Under the pieces are notes generated by a model, which saw only the letters and a list, made by a program, of their open reading frames with translations, did not search any database and was not told where the DNA came from. Made by a program: the position numbers and the translations under genes. Source: an uncultured Ectothiorhodospiraceae bacterium (lineage in GTDB: Bacteria > Pseudomonadota > Gammaproteobacteria > JAABTG01). From it: a stretch of DNA of 64,000 nucleotides. Position 1 is the stretch's first letter. Each line of letters begins with the position of its first letter. The DNA lies in contig CALMKJ010000025.1 in assembly GCA_937867305.1 (NCBI GenBank), positions 137,774 through 201,773 of the forward strand. Direction: 5' to 3'. Positions 9,133 to 20,300 of this stretch are shown piece after piece.

Positions 9133-12100
9133 TCTCGGGTGGGACCTGCTCCGGCGCCGACCCGTTCCACGACGGGATCCTTCCAGGGACCCTTCACCGT
9201 GTACTCGACCTGTGCCACGCGGTCAATCTGGTCCTTGAAGACCTGCCCCGCGACGAGGCCGGCGACAGCGCCGATCGGTCCTCCGGCCAGCACCCCGGCG
9301 ATGGGCAGCGTGGTGGAGAGCCGGGGCAGGACCGTCACGCGCTGGTCGTAGTCCTCGGCGGTGAGCCCGACCCGGCCCCGGATGTCGATGCGCGCGGCGT
9401 TCCCGTCGACCACCAGGTCCTCCGTGTGGGCGTTGCCGCCGTCGAGCCGGAACGTCCCGTCGATGCTGCGGTAGCGGAAGCCCTTTCCGAAGAGGTCACG
9501 AAAGTCGAGCGTCAAGCGGCGGGGGAGCGCCTGGACGCTCAGCAGGCCGAAGATCCGTCCGGCCCCAGGGCTGACGTCGGTGAGGGCGCCGTCCCGAACC
9601 TTCAGGGACACCTCCCCCCGGACGGCCGAGAGCGCGAAGGCCGCGGGATTGCCCGGCCAACGGGCCTGCAGCTGCAGGCGCGTCCGACCACCCTCGACCC
9701 CGGACTCGTCGTAGCCGAGTGTGCGCAGGAAACGGCCGAGGTCGGGACTCTTCAGGCTCGCGTCCAGGCGCGAGCTCTGCCGGTTGCCTGCACCGGTCCA
9801 GTCCCCCGTGGCCTCAGCGAGGAGCTCCGGTCCCTCCAGGCGCAGCGTGCGCAGGGCGACGCCCCCGGGCGTGGGCCCGGTGGCGAGCACCAGGGACCCG
9901 AGGGCCCGCCCGTCGACACGGAGGTCCTTGCAGCTGGCGTCGATGGCGGGAAGGCCCTGAGGGTCCGGGAGCTGCACCGATGGGCCCTTGACGCTCGAGG
10001 TCTGGAGGGCCAGGCGCTCGAGGGAGACCGCATAAGGCGCGTTGCTCCCGGGTGCCGGGACGGTCAAGGTGCCGGCGGCCCCTTTGCCCTCCAGGGTGAC
10101 CTGCCAACCCCCTCGGGGTTGCCTCTGGACGCCGAGCCGCGTCTTCTCCACCTCGAAGTCGCCGAGTATCAGCCGCCCGGCGGTCAGGTCGATGCCCTCG
10201 AGGGCGAGGCCGTCCACCGCAGGGCGGGGGGAGCCCTTGCGCTGTGCCCTGGGCGCGCCGACGGCCCCGGCCAGCTCGAGCCAGGGGGCGACCGTGAGCT
10301 CGGGCAGGCTGCCGGACACCCGCAGACCGGGGGAGACCCGGTCCGTGGGGGTCCCCGCGTCAGGGCCCACGCGGACGTCCACGCCCTGAACGCCCGGCCG
10401 CTCCCCGGAAGAGATCAGGGCGAGGGCAACGCTCAGCTGGTCGCCGAGCCGCATTCGCACGGTCTGGGTCGCCAGCGGGCCGAGGGTCGTCTCGAGGCGC
10501 AGGGCACGGCGTTCCTGCGCGCCCTTCTTCAAGGGTGCCGGAAGCGAGACCTCGAGCCCCCGGAGATCGCTCTCGAGCACGAGGCGTACCGTACCGGACC
10601 CCCTGTCGGCCGCCGCGGCGACATCGGCCGTGGCCTCCCACCTGGCAGAGCCGCGCAGCCGGGGACGGACGACCGACCAGAGGCCTTCGGCGGCGCCCTG
10701 CGCGGCGAGGACCTTGCCGAGCTGCTCCACGCTCACGGAGCCGGCCACTCGCAGGCGCGTCGTGGGCTGGCCGTTGGCCGCCCCCGGTTCCAAGGAGAGG
10801 GTCACCGGGACCTCCGCGAGCTGAGCGCGCAGCTCCCGTGCGGAAAAGCGCTGCCGTGTGAAGGTAAGGTCTCCGGACGCACCGGTGAAGGTCACGTCGC
10901 GCAGGACGGCCCGGTTGCCCCGGAACGTGACGCTCCCCTCGAACCGTGTGTCCAGGGGGTCGTCGTGGGCGAGGGGAATGTCGAGCGTCAGGCTCAGCCC
11001 CAGCGTCCCGTCGACCGTCAGACCCCGAAACCGGTTCTTGGCCTCGGGGTCCAGGGGGCTCTCCCGGATGAAGCGCGATGCGTCGGCCCCGCTCGGCTCG
11101 CCCCGGGCCTCCACGTGCAGCCAGGGGAACTCGCTGGTGAGGTCGTCGATCTCGCCCCAGGCGGAAGTCACCGGCGAGTCGTACACCCTGGCCCCGGCCA
11201 GGTCGATGCGGATTCGCGGTCCCTCGAAGCCCACGCGGCCGCGGCACTGGGTGAGCACCGGCCAGCGGGGTTCGTAGCGCAGCGCGACGCCGTCGACCTC
11301 CACCCTCGCCTCGAACCGCCCCTCGCCCTGGCCGTAGGGGAACCGCGCGAGCGGTCCGTGGAGAAGAAGCTCCACCCGGCGTGCGTCCCCCTGCTCGAAG
11401 GCCTGGGAGAGCCACTGGAGGGTCCGCGCCTTCATCACGCGGTCCGGCAGATACGCCGCGAGCTTCGGGAGCGGCAGCCCATCGGAGGAAGCGACGAGAC
11501 TCAGGTACGGTCCGCCGGACCCGGCCCCCGTGTCTCGGGCGGAGCCGGCCAGCGCGAACCCGAAGTCCTTGGTCCGCAGGGTGAGGCCCGGGGTACCCAC
11601 ACGCCACCCGCCCCCTGGAGCCACGTTCCACTCCAGGGGCCCCGCGACGGTCTCGAGGACCAGGGGCTTGGTGTACCCGGCGGGCCATTCGAGCACCACC
11701 GGTCCGGCTGCGAGTTGCACCTCTCCGCGTCCGTCCCAGAGGCGTGCGAGTCCCGCCAGCCCGCGCACGCCCGGCAGGCGGTCGGTCGGTTGCAGGCTGG
11801 CGGCCTGGAATTGCCACGACGCGCTCCACGCGGCGCCGTCGGGGCGCATGGGGTCGCGCCGAACCCACAGGTCGCGCAGCCCCGCTCGCGGGGAGGCCGA
11901 GAGCAGCCACTGGAGGGCCCTCGCGACGTCCGGGCTGGGGGTATCGTCGGCCGGAGGTGGTCCGGCCGGAAGGTCCGGGGTGGGTACCGACCCGACCGCG
12001 GGAATATCCGGGCGCGCCGGCCCGACCGTGGCCGACGGTGCGTGCACCAGGACCCGCCAGTCCGGCCATCGTCCATCCACCCGGGCTTCGATGGCGCCCC

Positions 12101-13091
12101 CGGTCAGGGTGAGGCGATCCGTCTGCAGGGAATAGTCCGCCAGCGCCGCGTGCCAACCGTCTTCCACGCGCTCCAACCGTACACGCCCGCGGGCCTCCTG
12201 GAGATGGACGGGCGGCCCGCCCCACTCGAGGGCGGTGCTGTGCACGGCGAACGAGCCCGATGCGTTCTGGGGACGCGCGTCCTTCCACTGTGTCCAGAGC
12301 TCGAACTGGGCGGACCCGCCGTGGGTGACCAAGGGAGCGAGGGACCTCCCGACCCAACGGGCGAGGTAGAGCCCCTGCGCCTCCACGTGGGAGTGACCCT
12401 GCCACTGGCTCCCCAGAAGGTCCCCGCGGGCGTCCAGTGCCAGAAGGACGCGGCCGCTGGGGAGGTCGGCGCTCGCCCGGACGCTGTGGTGGTCGCCGTC
12501 GTTCTGGACCCTGAGCTGGACACCGGTCAGGCGCACCGGCGCCAGACTGCGGCCCTCGTCCACCCAGGTGACCTCGCTGTCGCGAAGCTCCACCACGGCC
12601 TCGGATCGAAGGAGGATGGCGGCAAGTCCCGGGTCTTCACCCCCGCCCCCGAGGCCGCGCAGGACCAGTGCGCCGTCCGGGTTGCGCACGATGGTGAGAC
12701 CGAGTCCGTCGACCGCGGCAGAGCCGAGCCGGGGGGCCCACTCGCGCAGGCTGCGAAGCAGGTCGAGCCGCAGCCCCACCCGCGCGAGTCCCAGTACCTT
12801 GTCGCCGGAGGTGCCGAATACCGTGAGTCCGTCCAGGCAGAGCTCCGGGTTCCAGCCAGACCAGCCGAAGCGCATCCGGTCCACGGTGAGGCGATGACCG
12901 ATCTGCTCGCTCGCCCAGGCCTCGAGCCGGGCGTGCTGGGCTGGCAACAGGCCCACCAGCCCGCGGACTGCCCCCAGGCCGGCAGCGAACAGGACGACCC
13001 CGACCGCGGCATAGGGCGCCGCGGCTCGGGAAGCCGCGAGAGCCCACCTTGCGAGCAGGCGGGGATGGTGCAGCAGGCGCCGGAAGGTCAT
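9129..13091 (-). CDS. yhdP: YhdP-family (AsmA-like) large inner-membrane-anchored envelope protein
   Basis: 1,320 aa with an N-terminal TM segment. C-terminal 'GRIFGLLSVQALPRRLTLDFRDLFGKGFRYRSIDGTF...VEYTVKGPWKDPVV'. Lies immediately downstream of rng, as in E. coli. Confidence 0.85.
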   Translation of the reverse strand: MTFRRLLHHPRLLARWALAASRAAAPYAAVGVVLFAAGLGAVRGLVGLLPAQHARLEAWASEQIGHRLTVDRMRFGWSGWNPELCLDGLTVFGTSGDKVLGLARVGLRLDLLRSLREWAPRLGSAAVDGLGLTIVRNPDGALVLRGLGGGGEDPGLAAILLRSEAVVELRDSEVTWVDEGRSLAPVRLTGVQLRVQNDGDHHSVRASADLPSGRVLLALDARGDLLGSQWQGHSHVEAQGLYLARWVGRSLAPLVTHGGSAQFELWTQWKDARPQNASGSFAVHSTALEWGGPPVHLQEARGRVRLERVEDGWHAALADYSLQTDRLTLTGGAIEARVDGRWPDWRVLVHAPSATVGPARPDIPAVGSVPTPDLPAGPPPADDTPSPDVARALQWLLSASPRAGLRDLWVRRDPMRPDGAAWSASWQFQAASLQPTDRLPGVRGLAGLARLWDGRGEVQLAAGPVVLEWPAGYTKPLVLETVAGPLEWNVAPGGGWRVGTPGLTLRTKDFGFALAGSARDTGAGSGGPYLSLVASSDGLPLPKLAAYLPDRVMKARTLQWLSQAFEQGDARRVELLLHGPLARFPYGQGEGRFEARVEVDGVALRYEPRWPVLTQCRGRVGFEGPRIRIDLAGARVYDSPVTSAWGEIDDLTSEFPWLHVEARGEPSGADASRFIRESPLDPEAKNRFRGLTVDGTLGLSLTLDIPLAHDDPLDTRFEGSVTFRGNRAVLRDVTFTGASGDLTFTRQRFSARELRAQLAEVPVTLSLEPGAANGQPTTRLRVAGSVSVEQLGKVLAAQGAAEGLWSVVRPRLRGSARWEATADVAAAADRGSGTVRLVLESDLRGLEVSLPAPLKKGAQERRALRLETTLGPLATQTVRMRLGDQLSVALALISSGERPGVQGVDVRVGPDAGTPTDRVSPGLRVSGSLPELTVAPWLELAGAVGAPRAQRKGSPRPAVDGLALEGIDLTAGRLILGDFEVEKTRLGVQRQPRGGWQVTLEGKGAAGTLTVPAPGSNAPYAVSLERLALQTSSVKGPSVQLPDPQGLPAIDASCKDLRVDGRALGSLVLATGPTPGGVALRTLRLEGPELLAEATGDWTGAGNRQSSRLDASLKSPDLGRFLRTLGYDESGVEGGRTRLQLQARWPGNPAAFALSAVRGEVSLKVRDGALTDVSPGAGRIFGLLSVQALPRRLTLDFRDLFGKGFRYRSIDGTFRLDGGNAHTEDLVVDGNAARIDIRGRVGLTAEDYDQRVTVLPRLSTTLPIAGVLAGGPIGAVAGLVAGQVFKDQIDRVAQVEYTVKGPWKDPVVERVGAGAGPTRE

Positions 13092-13122
13092 GGGCGGGGG
13101 CTCGCGCCGGCGAGGGGGCGGC

Positions 13123-14697
13123 TCACATCAGGACGACGTCGTACTGCTCCTGGGAGTAGAGCGGCTCGACCTGGATCTCGATGGGCTTGCGAATCAGGGA
13201 CTCGAGCTCGGCGACTGTGGCCGACTCTTCCTCGAGCAGGCGGTCGGAGACCTCCCGTGACACCAGGACCAGCAGCTTTTCCGCCTCGAACTGCCGCGCC
13301 TGGCGGATGATCTCGCGGAAGATCTCGTAGGAGACGGTCTCCGCGGTCTTCACCGACGCGCGGCCCCCGCACAGCGGGCAGGGCTCGCAGAGCAGGTGCT
13401 GCAGGCTCTCGCGGGTCCGCTTGCGGGTCATCTGCACCAGGCCGAGCGGGGAGACCTCGCTCACGTGGGTGCGGGTGTGGTCTCGCTCCAGGCTCTTCTC
13501 CAGCGCCCGGAGCACCTGCCGCTTGTGCTCCTCGCTGCACATGTCGATGAAGTCGATGATGATGATTCCGCCCAGGTTGCGCAGGCGCAGTTGGCGTGCG
13601 ATCGCCTGGGTGGCCTCCAGGTTCGTGCGGAAGATCGTCTCCTCCAGATTGCGGTGGCCGACGAAGGCGCCCGTGTTGACGTCGATGGTCGTCATCGCCT
13701 CGGTCTGGTCGATGACGAGGTGTCCTCCCGACTTGAGCGGCACCTTGCGCTCGAGGGCCCGCTGGATCTCGTCTTCGACCCCGTAGATGTCGAAGATCGG
13801 TCGGTCGCCCATGTAGGGCTCGATGCGTACCAGCATGTCCGGCATGAACTGGCCGGCGAACGCCACCAGGCGGTCGTAGGCCTCCTGGGAGTCGATGCGC
13901 ACGCGCTCCACCTCCTTGGCGGCGATCTCCCGCAGGGCCCGCATGAGGAGCGGGATGTCTTCGTGCACGATGCCGGGTGCGGCGACCCCCTCGGCCCGGC
14001 GCTGCAGCGAGCGCCACAGCTTCTGCACGAACTCCATGTCGGCGAGCAGGGTCTCGGCCGGCAGTCCCTCGGCCGCGGTGCGGATGATGTACCCGCCCGG
14101 ACCGAGCGACTCGGCACTCCCGTGCTCGCCGTTGGCCAGGGCCGCGCGGACGAGCTCGCGCAATCGGCTGCGCTCGACCTCGTCTTCGATCCTCTGCGAG
14201 ACCCCGACGGTCGGTGTGTCCGGCATGTACACGACGTAGCGCGAGGGCAGGGAGATCTGCGTCGTCAGGCGCGCGCCCTTGCTGCCGAGGGGGTCCTTGA
14301 TGACCTGGACCAGCAGTTCCTGGCCCTCGTGCACGAGCATCGTGATGTCCTCCACGACCGGGACCTCACCCTCGGTCAGCGTCGTCGAGGACTCCACCGG
14401 CTCCGCGCGGTCCGGGCACTCCAGGCGGCGGTCCTCCGCGCCCGGCTCGGTGTGGGTGATGACCGGGCGCGGACCCCCGATGTCCGATGCGTGCAGGAAG
14501 GCGGCGCGCTCCAGACCGATGTCGACGAATGCCGCCTGCATTCCGGGCAGCACCCGGGACACCCGGCCGCGATAGACGTTCCCGACCAGGCCGCGGCAGC
14601 TCGCGCGGTCGACGAAGACCTCCTGCAGCACCCCGTTCTCCACGAGGGCCACCCGGGTCTCACGGGGTGTGACATTGATGAGAAGCTCGGTGCTCAT
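13123..14697 (-). CDS. rng: Ribonuclease G
   Basis: S1 domain 'GNVYRGRVSRVLPGMQAAFVDIG'. RNase E/G catalytic core 'LGGIIIIDFIDM'. Zn-link-like 'CPLCGGRA'. Confidence 0.9.
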   Translation of the reverse strand: MSTELLINVTPRETRVALVENGVLQEVFVDRASCRGLVGNVYRGRVSRVLPGMQAAFVDIGLERAAFLHASDIGGPRPVITHTEPGAEDRRLECPDRAEPVESSTTLTEGEVPVVEDITMLVHEGQELLVQVIKDPLGSKGARLTTQISLPSRYVVYMPDTPTVGVSQRIEDEVERSRLRELVRAALANGEHGSAESLGPGGYIIRTAAEGLPAETLLADMEFVQKLWRSLQRRAEGVAAPGIVHEDIPLLMRALREIAAKEVERVRIDSQEAYDRLVAFAGQFMPDMLVRIEPYMGDRPIFDIYGVEDEIQRALERKVPLKSGGHLVIDQTEAMTTIDVNTGAFVGHRNLEETIFRTNLEATQAIARQLRLRNLGGIIIIDFIDMCSEEHKRQVLRALEKSLERDHTRTHVSEVSPLGLVQMTRKRTRESLQHLLCEPCPLCGGRASVKTAETVSYEIFREIIRQARQFEAEKLLVLVSREVSDRLLEEESATVAELESLIRKPIEIQVEPLYSQEQYDVVLM

Positions 14698-14848
14698 GGT
14701 CTCGGGACGGTACTCGGCGCGGGTGGGTCACGCAAGACCGTGGCGGGCTGCGGCGGTGCTGGAACCTCCGGAAGAGGAGTGCGGGGGGAGGCGGTCGGCA
14801 CCGGTACCGGGGAAGCGGGGCGCCGGGACGTGTGGGACAATCCACCCC

Positions 14849-17038
14849 ATGGGCGAGGCCACGAAAGCAGAGTCGGGCGCATCCACGTCCCCGGCCGGTG
14901 CCGTGCCGGCCCCGGTGCCGCCCGACCTTCTCGAGCGCCGTGCCCCGGAACAGGCCCGGCTCATCGATCGCGCCTGGGCCGAGGGGTGCGGCATCCTGCC
15001 TGAGCCCGCCCGCGAGGAAGGCCTCGAAGCGGCCCGCGTGCTGCTGGGTCTGAACCTGGATCACGAAAGCGTCGCCGCGGTCCTGCTCCACCCCGCCGTC
15101 ATCGGCGGCACCCTGGACCTCGAGGCGGTGCGCAGGCGCTTCGGCGAGTCGGTCGGCCGACTCGTCGAGGGCGCGAGCCGCATGGACGCCATCCGCGAAT
15201 ACCGGGCGCGAGCGCCGGAGACGGCGCGCGGCGCGGAGCTCGCCCGCCTCGAGGGCCTGCGCAAGCTTCTGCTCGCCATGGCCGAGGACCTGCGCGCCAT
15301 CCTCATCCGCCTGGCCGAGCAGGTGGTGTTGCTGCGAAGCCTTCGCGAGGCGCCCGGGGAGGAACGCGTGGCGATCGCGCGCGAGACGCTCGACATCTAT
15401 GCCCCCCTTGCCAACCGCCTGGGCATCTGGCAGCTCAAATGGGAACTGGAAGACCTCTCGTTCCGCTACCTGGAGCCGGAGCGCTACCAGGACATCGCCC
15501 GGCGCCTGGACGAGCGCCGGGTGGACCGGGAGCGGTACATCGGCGACGTGGTGGACCGGCTGCGCGGGGCGCTGGGGGCCGAGGGGATCGTGGCCGAGGT
15601 GAGCGGTCGGCCCAAACACATCTTCAGCATCTGGCGCAAGATGCAGGCCAAGGGGCTCGATTTCGATCAGCTCTTCGACGTGCGCGCGGTGCGCGTACTG
15701 GTCGACAGCGTGAGGGACTGTTACGCGGCCCTCGGCGTGGTGCACGGACTCTGGCAACACATCCCGAAGGAATTCGACGACTACATCGCCAACCCCAAGG
15801 GGAACCACTACCAGTCTCTGCACACGGCCGTCGTGGGACCCGGAGGTCGGGCCCTCGAGGTCCAGATCCGGACCCACGCCATGCACCGGCACGCGGAGCT
15901 CGGGGTCGCGGCCCACTGGCAATACAAGGAGGGAACGCGGGCGGACGCAGCGTTCGCGGACAAGGTGGCCTGGGTCCGCCAGCTCCTGGAGCCGGGGGGC
16001 GAGGGCGTCGGGTCGGCGGACTTCCTGGATCGCTTCCGCACGGAGGTGTTCCACGACCGGGTGTATGCGCTGACCCCGAAGGGTCAGGTCGTCGACCTTC
16101 CGCGGGGGGCGACGCCGCTCGACTTTGCCTACGCGGTGCACACGGACATCGGCCACCGGTGCCGCGGGGCCAAGGTGGGCGGGTCGATCGTGCCGCTCAC
16201 CTACGAGCTGCGCAACGGCGACCAGGTGGAGGTCCTGACCACCCGCCAGGGCGGCCCGAGCCGGGACTGGCTGAACCAGGGGCTCGGCTTCCTGAAGACC
16301 TCGCGGGCGCGCGCCAAGGTCCGGCAGTGGTTCAAGCAGCAGGACTACGACAAGTGCGTGGCCGCCGGCCGGGACCAGCTCGAGCGCGAGCTGAGGCGCC
16401 TGGGTGTCAGCGAGGTCGGGCTGGAGAAGCTTGCCCAGCGCCTGAAGCTCGGCAAGACGGAAGACCTCTGCGCTGCCGTGGGGCGGGGCGAGGTCGGGCC
16501 CGCCCAGCTCGCGGGCGCCCTCCAGGAGGAGGTCCTGCCGCGCGTCAGTCCGCTCGAGCGCCCCTTGAAGCCCGCGCGGGCGACGGGCGGGGGGGACGTG
16601 ACCATCGAGGGGGTGGGAAACCTGATGACCCACCTGGCCCGCTGCTGTAGGCCGGTGCCCCCGGACCCCATCACGGGCTACATCACTCACGGCCGCGGCG
16701 TCAGCATCCATCGACAGGACTGTTCGAGTGCGCTGAGGCTTGCCGCCGCGGACCCGAGCCGGGTGATCGACGTGAGCTGGAGCACCGGCTCGGTGAGCAC
16801 CTATCCCGTCGACGTGCAGATCGAGGCCTACGACCGTCAGGGCCTGCTACGGGACGTCTCCCAGGTGCTGGCCAACGAGAAGCTCAACGTCACCAGCGTG
16901 AACGTCTTCACGGACCGGGACACCTCCGTGGCCCACATGCGGCTCACGGTCGAGGTCCCTGACGCAGGCCGGCTGTCCCAGTTGCTCGCCCGACTGAGCC
17001 AGCTGCACAACGTGGTGGACGCGCGCCGGCGCAGGTGA
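14849..17038 (+). CDS. relA: GTP pyrophosphokinase ((p)ppGpp synthetase I)
   Basis: Synthetase motif 'RPKHIFSIWRKMQAKGLDFDQLFDVRAVRVLV', TGS and ACT regions. N-terminal pseudo-hydrolase lacks the SpoT HD signature. Start set at ATG 14849 (MGEATK...); the ORF-track start 14669 overlaps rng. Confidence 0.88.
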   Translation: MGEATKAESGASTSPAGAVPAPVPPDLLERRAPEQARLIDRAWAEGCGILPEPAREEGLEAARVLLGLNLDHESVAAVLLHPAVIGGTLDLEAVRRRFGESVGRLVEGASRMDAIREYRARAPETARGAELARLEGLRKLLLAMAEDLRAILIRLAEQVVLLRSLREAPGEERVAIARETLDIYAPLANRLGIWQLKWELEDLSFRYLEPERYQDIARRLDERRVDRERYIGDVVDRLRGALGAEGIVAEVSGRPKHIFSIWRKMQAKGLDFDQLFDVRAVRVLVDSVRDCYAALGVVHGLWQHIPKEFDDYIANPKGNHYQSLHTAVVGPGGRALEVQIRTHAMHRHAELGVAAHWQYKEGTRADAAFADKVAWVRQLLEPGGEGVGSADFLDRFRTEVFHDRVYALTPKGQVVDLPRGATPLDFAYAVHTDIGHRCRGAKVGGSIVPLTYELRNGDQVEVLTTRQGGPSRDWLNQGLGFLKTSRARAKVRQWFKQQDYDKCVAAGRDQLERELRRLGVSEVGLEKLAQRLKLGKTEDLCAAVGRGEVGPAQLAGALQEEVLPRVSPLERPLKPARATGGGDVTIEGVGNLMTHLARCCRPVPPDPITGYITHGRGVSIHRQDCSSALRLAAADPSRVIDVSWSTGSVSTYPVDVQIEAYDRQGLLRDVSQVLANEKLNVTSVNVFTDRDTSVAHMRLTVEVPDAGRLSQLLARLSQLHNVVDARRRR

Positions 17039-17304
17039 CGCGCGCCGGGCGGTGAGGCGCGGGGGGCCGGCGTGGGAAACCCGCCGGGCTGCGGACGCGC
17101 CTCGTGCGCTGGCGTCGATCCCTCCCACGGGAGGTGGCGGCCCCTCCCCGACGGGAGGACATGCCCCGTTTTTGATCCCCGTCATAGGACTGGGAGGGGG
17201 CGGTCCCAATGATAAGCTCAGCGTTATATGCCCATTAGGCTGACCCCGGGGTCCCCGCGCCTGCGTGCAGAGGGGCAGGGGATCCGACACCGCGGGAGAC
17301 GAGC

Positions 17305-20300
17305 ATGTCCGAACCGAGCACCCTGACCCTGGACGGCAACGAGGCGGCGGCGACGATCGCGCACCTGACCAGCGAAGTCATCGCGATCTACCCCATCACC
17401 CCGTCCTCGCCCATGGGAGAGCTCGCCGAGCAGTGGACCGAAGAGGGCCGCGAGAACCTCTGGGGCGTGGTGCCCCAGGTGGTCGAGATGCAGAGCGAGG
17501 GGGGGGCGGCCGGGGCCGTTCACGGCGCGCTCCAGGCAGGGACTCTGAGCACCACCTTCACGGCGTCCCAGGGCCTGCTGCTGATGATCCCCAATATGTA
17601 CAAGATCGCCGGGGAGCTGACCCCCATGGTGATGCACGTGGCCGCGCGCACCGTGGCGGCTCACGCCCTGTCGATCTTCGCCGACCACAGCGACGTGATG
17701 GCGGTGCGGCAGACCGGTTTCGCCATGATCGCCTCCAATTCGGTTCAGGAGGTCATGGACATCGCCGCCATCGCTTCCGCCGCCACGCTCGAGGGCCGGG
17801 TGCCGGTGGTGCATTTCTTCGACGGCTTCCGCACCTCGCACGAGGTGAGCAAGGTCCACGCGGTGGGACGCGAGACCGTGCGGGCGATGATCGACGACCA
17901 GTGGGTCGCCGCCCATCGGGACCGGGCGCTGTCGCCCGATCGCCCCGTGATCCGCGGCACGGCCCAGAACCCCGACGTCTTCTTCCAGGGGCGGGAGGGC
18001 GTCAATCCCTTCTATGATGCGTTCCCCGGGGTCGTCCAGGGCGCGATGGACCGGTTTGCCGCCCTGACCGGGCGCCGGTACCAGTTGTTCGACTACGTCG
18101 GGGCGCCTGACGCCGAACGGGTCCTGGTCGCCATGGGCTCCGGCGCGGAGACCTGTCAGGAGGCCGTGGAATTCCTCGTTCGCCGGGGCGAGCGGGTCGG
18201 GCTGGTGAAGGTGCGCCTGTACCGTCCGTTCGTCGGCGAGAAATTGGTCCAGGCACTGCCGCGCACCGTGCGCCGGATCGCCGTTCTGGACCGGACCAAG
18301 GAGCCGGGCTCGGACGGCGAGCCGCTCTACAAGGACGTGGTGACGGCGATCGCCCAGCACATGGGTAACGGTGGCACCTGGCTGCCGGCGATGCCCCGGA
18401 TTCTCGGGGGGCGCTACGGGCTCTCCTCCAAGGAATTCACCCCGGGCATGGTCAAGGCCGTGCTCGACGAGCTCTCGAAGGCCAAGCCGAAGAACGGTTT
18501 CACGGTCGGGATCTACGACGACGTCTCCCACAGCAGTCTCGCGTGGGACCCGGATTTCGCCACGGACGCCCACGCGGGACAGGTGCAGGCGCTGTTCTAT
18601 GGCCTGGGCAGCGACGGCACGGTGAGCGCCAACAAGAACACGATCAAGATCATCGGCGAGGAGACCGACCTCAACGCCCAGGGGTACTTCGTCTACGACT
18701 CCAAGAAGTCCGGCGCGATCACGGTCTCGCACCTGCGGTTCGGCCCCAAACCGACCGTGTCGCCCTATCTGATCGGGGACGGTGAGGCGAGCTTCGTCGC
18801 CTGCCACCAGCCCATCTTCCTCGAGCGCTACGACATGCTGGAAAAGGCGCGCGCGGGCGCGGTGTTCCTGCTGAACTCCCCGGTCCCGGCGGACCGCGTC
18901 TGGGAGAGCCTGCCGCGCAAGATGCAGCGCCAGCTCATCGACAAGAAGCTGCGGTTCTACGTCATCGACGCCTACCGCGTGGCGGGCGAGACGGGCATGG
19001 GGCGCAGGATCAACACGATCATGCAGACCTGCTTCTTCGCCATCTCCGATGTCCTGCCGCGCGAGGAGGCCATCTCCCGGATCAAGTACGCGGTGGAGAA
19101 GACCTACGGCAAGAAGGGGCCGGAGGTCGTGCAGAAGAACTTCCAGGCAATCGACACGACGCTCGCGAATCTGTTCGAGGTTCCGGTTCCGGCGGAGGTC
19201 ACCAGTGCATGGGACCGGCCGCCGCCGGTGTCGCCGGCGGCCCCCGTGTTCGTGCGCGAGGTGATCGGCGAGATGATCGCCGGGCGCGGCGACCAGCTCC
19301 CGGTGAGCGTGTTCCCGGCCGACGGCTCCTGGCCCATGGGCTCGGCGAAGTGGGAGAAGCGCAATCTCGCGCTCGAGATCCCGGTGTGGGACGAGCAGCT
19401 CTGCACCCAGTGCGGAAAGTGCCCGCTCGTCTGTCCCCATGCCGCCATCCGCAGCAAGGTGATCGCCCCTGAGGCGCTGGCCGGCGCGCCGGACACCTTC
19501 AAGCACGTCGCGGTGAAGGGCAAGGACTTCCCCGCGGGCTATCACATCGCCTATCAGGTGTCACCGGAGGACTGCACGGGGTGCAGCCTTTGCGTGGACG
19601 TCTGTCCCATCCGGGACAAGGCGAATCCGGGGCACAAGGCGCTCAACATGGGTCCCCAGCCGCCCCTGCGCGAGCAGGAGCGTGCCAACTGGGAGTTCTT
19701 CCTGGCGCTGCCCGCGCTGGACCGCCGTGAAGTCAAGTGGACCACCATCAAGGGCTGCATGTTGAGCGAGCCGCTCTTCGAGTTCTCGGGCGCGTGCGTC
19801 GGCTGCGGCGAGACCCCCTACGTAAAGCTCGCGAGCCAGCTCTTTGGAGACCGGATGCTGGTGGCGAACGCGACCGGCTGCTCCTCCATCTACGGCGGCA
19901 ACCTGCCCACCACTCCGTGGACCACCAATGCGGAGGGACGGGGCCCCGCGTGGGCGAACTCGCTCTTCGAGGACAACGCGGAGTTCGGCCTCGGCTTCCG
20001 CCTGGCGGTGGATCAGCTGGCAGCCTACGCCGGGTCGCTTCTTCGCCGGCTGAGTGACGCCATCGGTGCCGAGCAGGTTCGGGCCATCCTCGAGGCCGAC
20101 CAGAGCGACGAGGCGGGCATTTACGACCAGCGCGAGCGGGTCGCCGACCTGCGCCGCCGGCTCGCGGCGCTGGACTCGCCCCTGGCGCGCGAGTTGGAGA
20201 GGGTCGCCGAGTACTTCGTGCGGCGCAGCGTCTGGATCATGGGGGGCGACGGCTGGGCCTACGACATCGGGTTCGGGGGCCTGGACCACGTGCTCGCCTC

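Noticed and set aside
9426-13310. 1,294-aa plus-strand ORF opposite yhdP
   Set aside because: Shadow frame antisense to a well-supported conserved gene, with low-complexity composition and no motifs.
17172-17185. FNR/CRP-like box TTGAT-CCCC-GTCAT upstream of nifJ
   Set aside because: Only one half-site matches TTGAT-N4-ATCAA well. No convincing -10 sits at the expected distance. It is too weak to call without a matrix scan or comparative data.
14660-19545. Long minus-strand ORFs (14660..16711 and 17224..19545) opposite relA and nifJ
   Set aside because: Same shadow-ORF explanation. The sense-strand products have diagnostic catalytic motifs.
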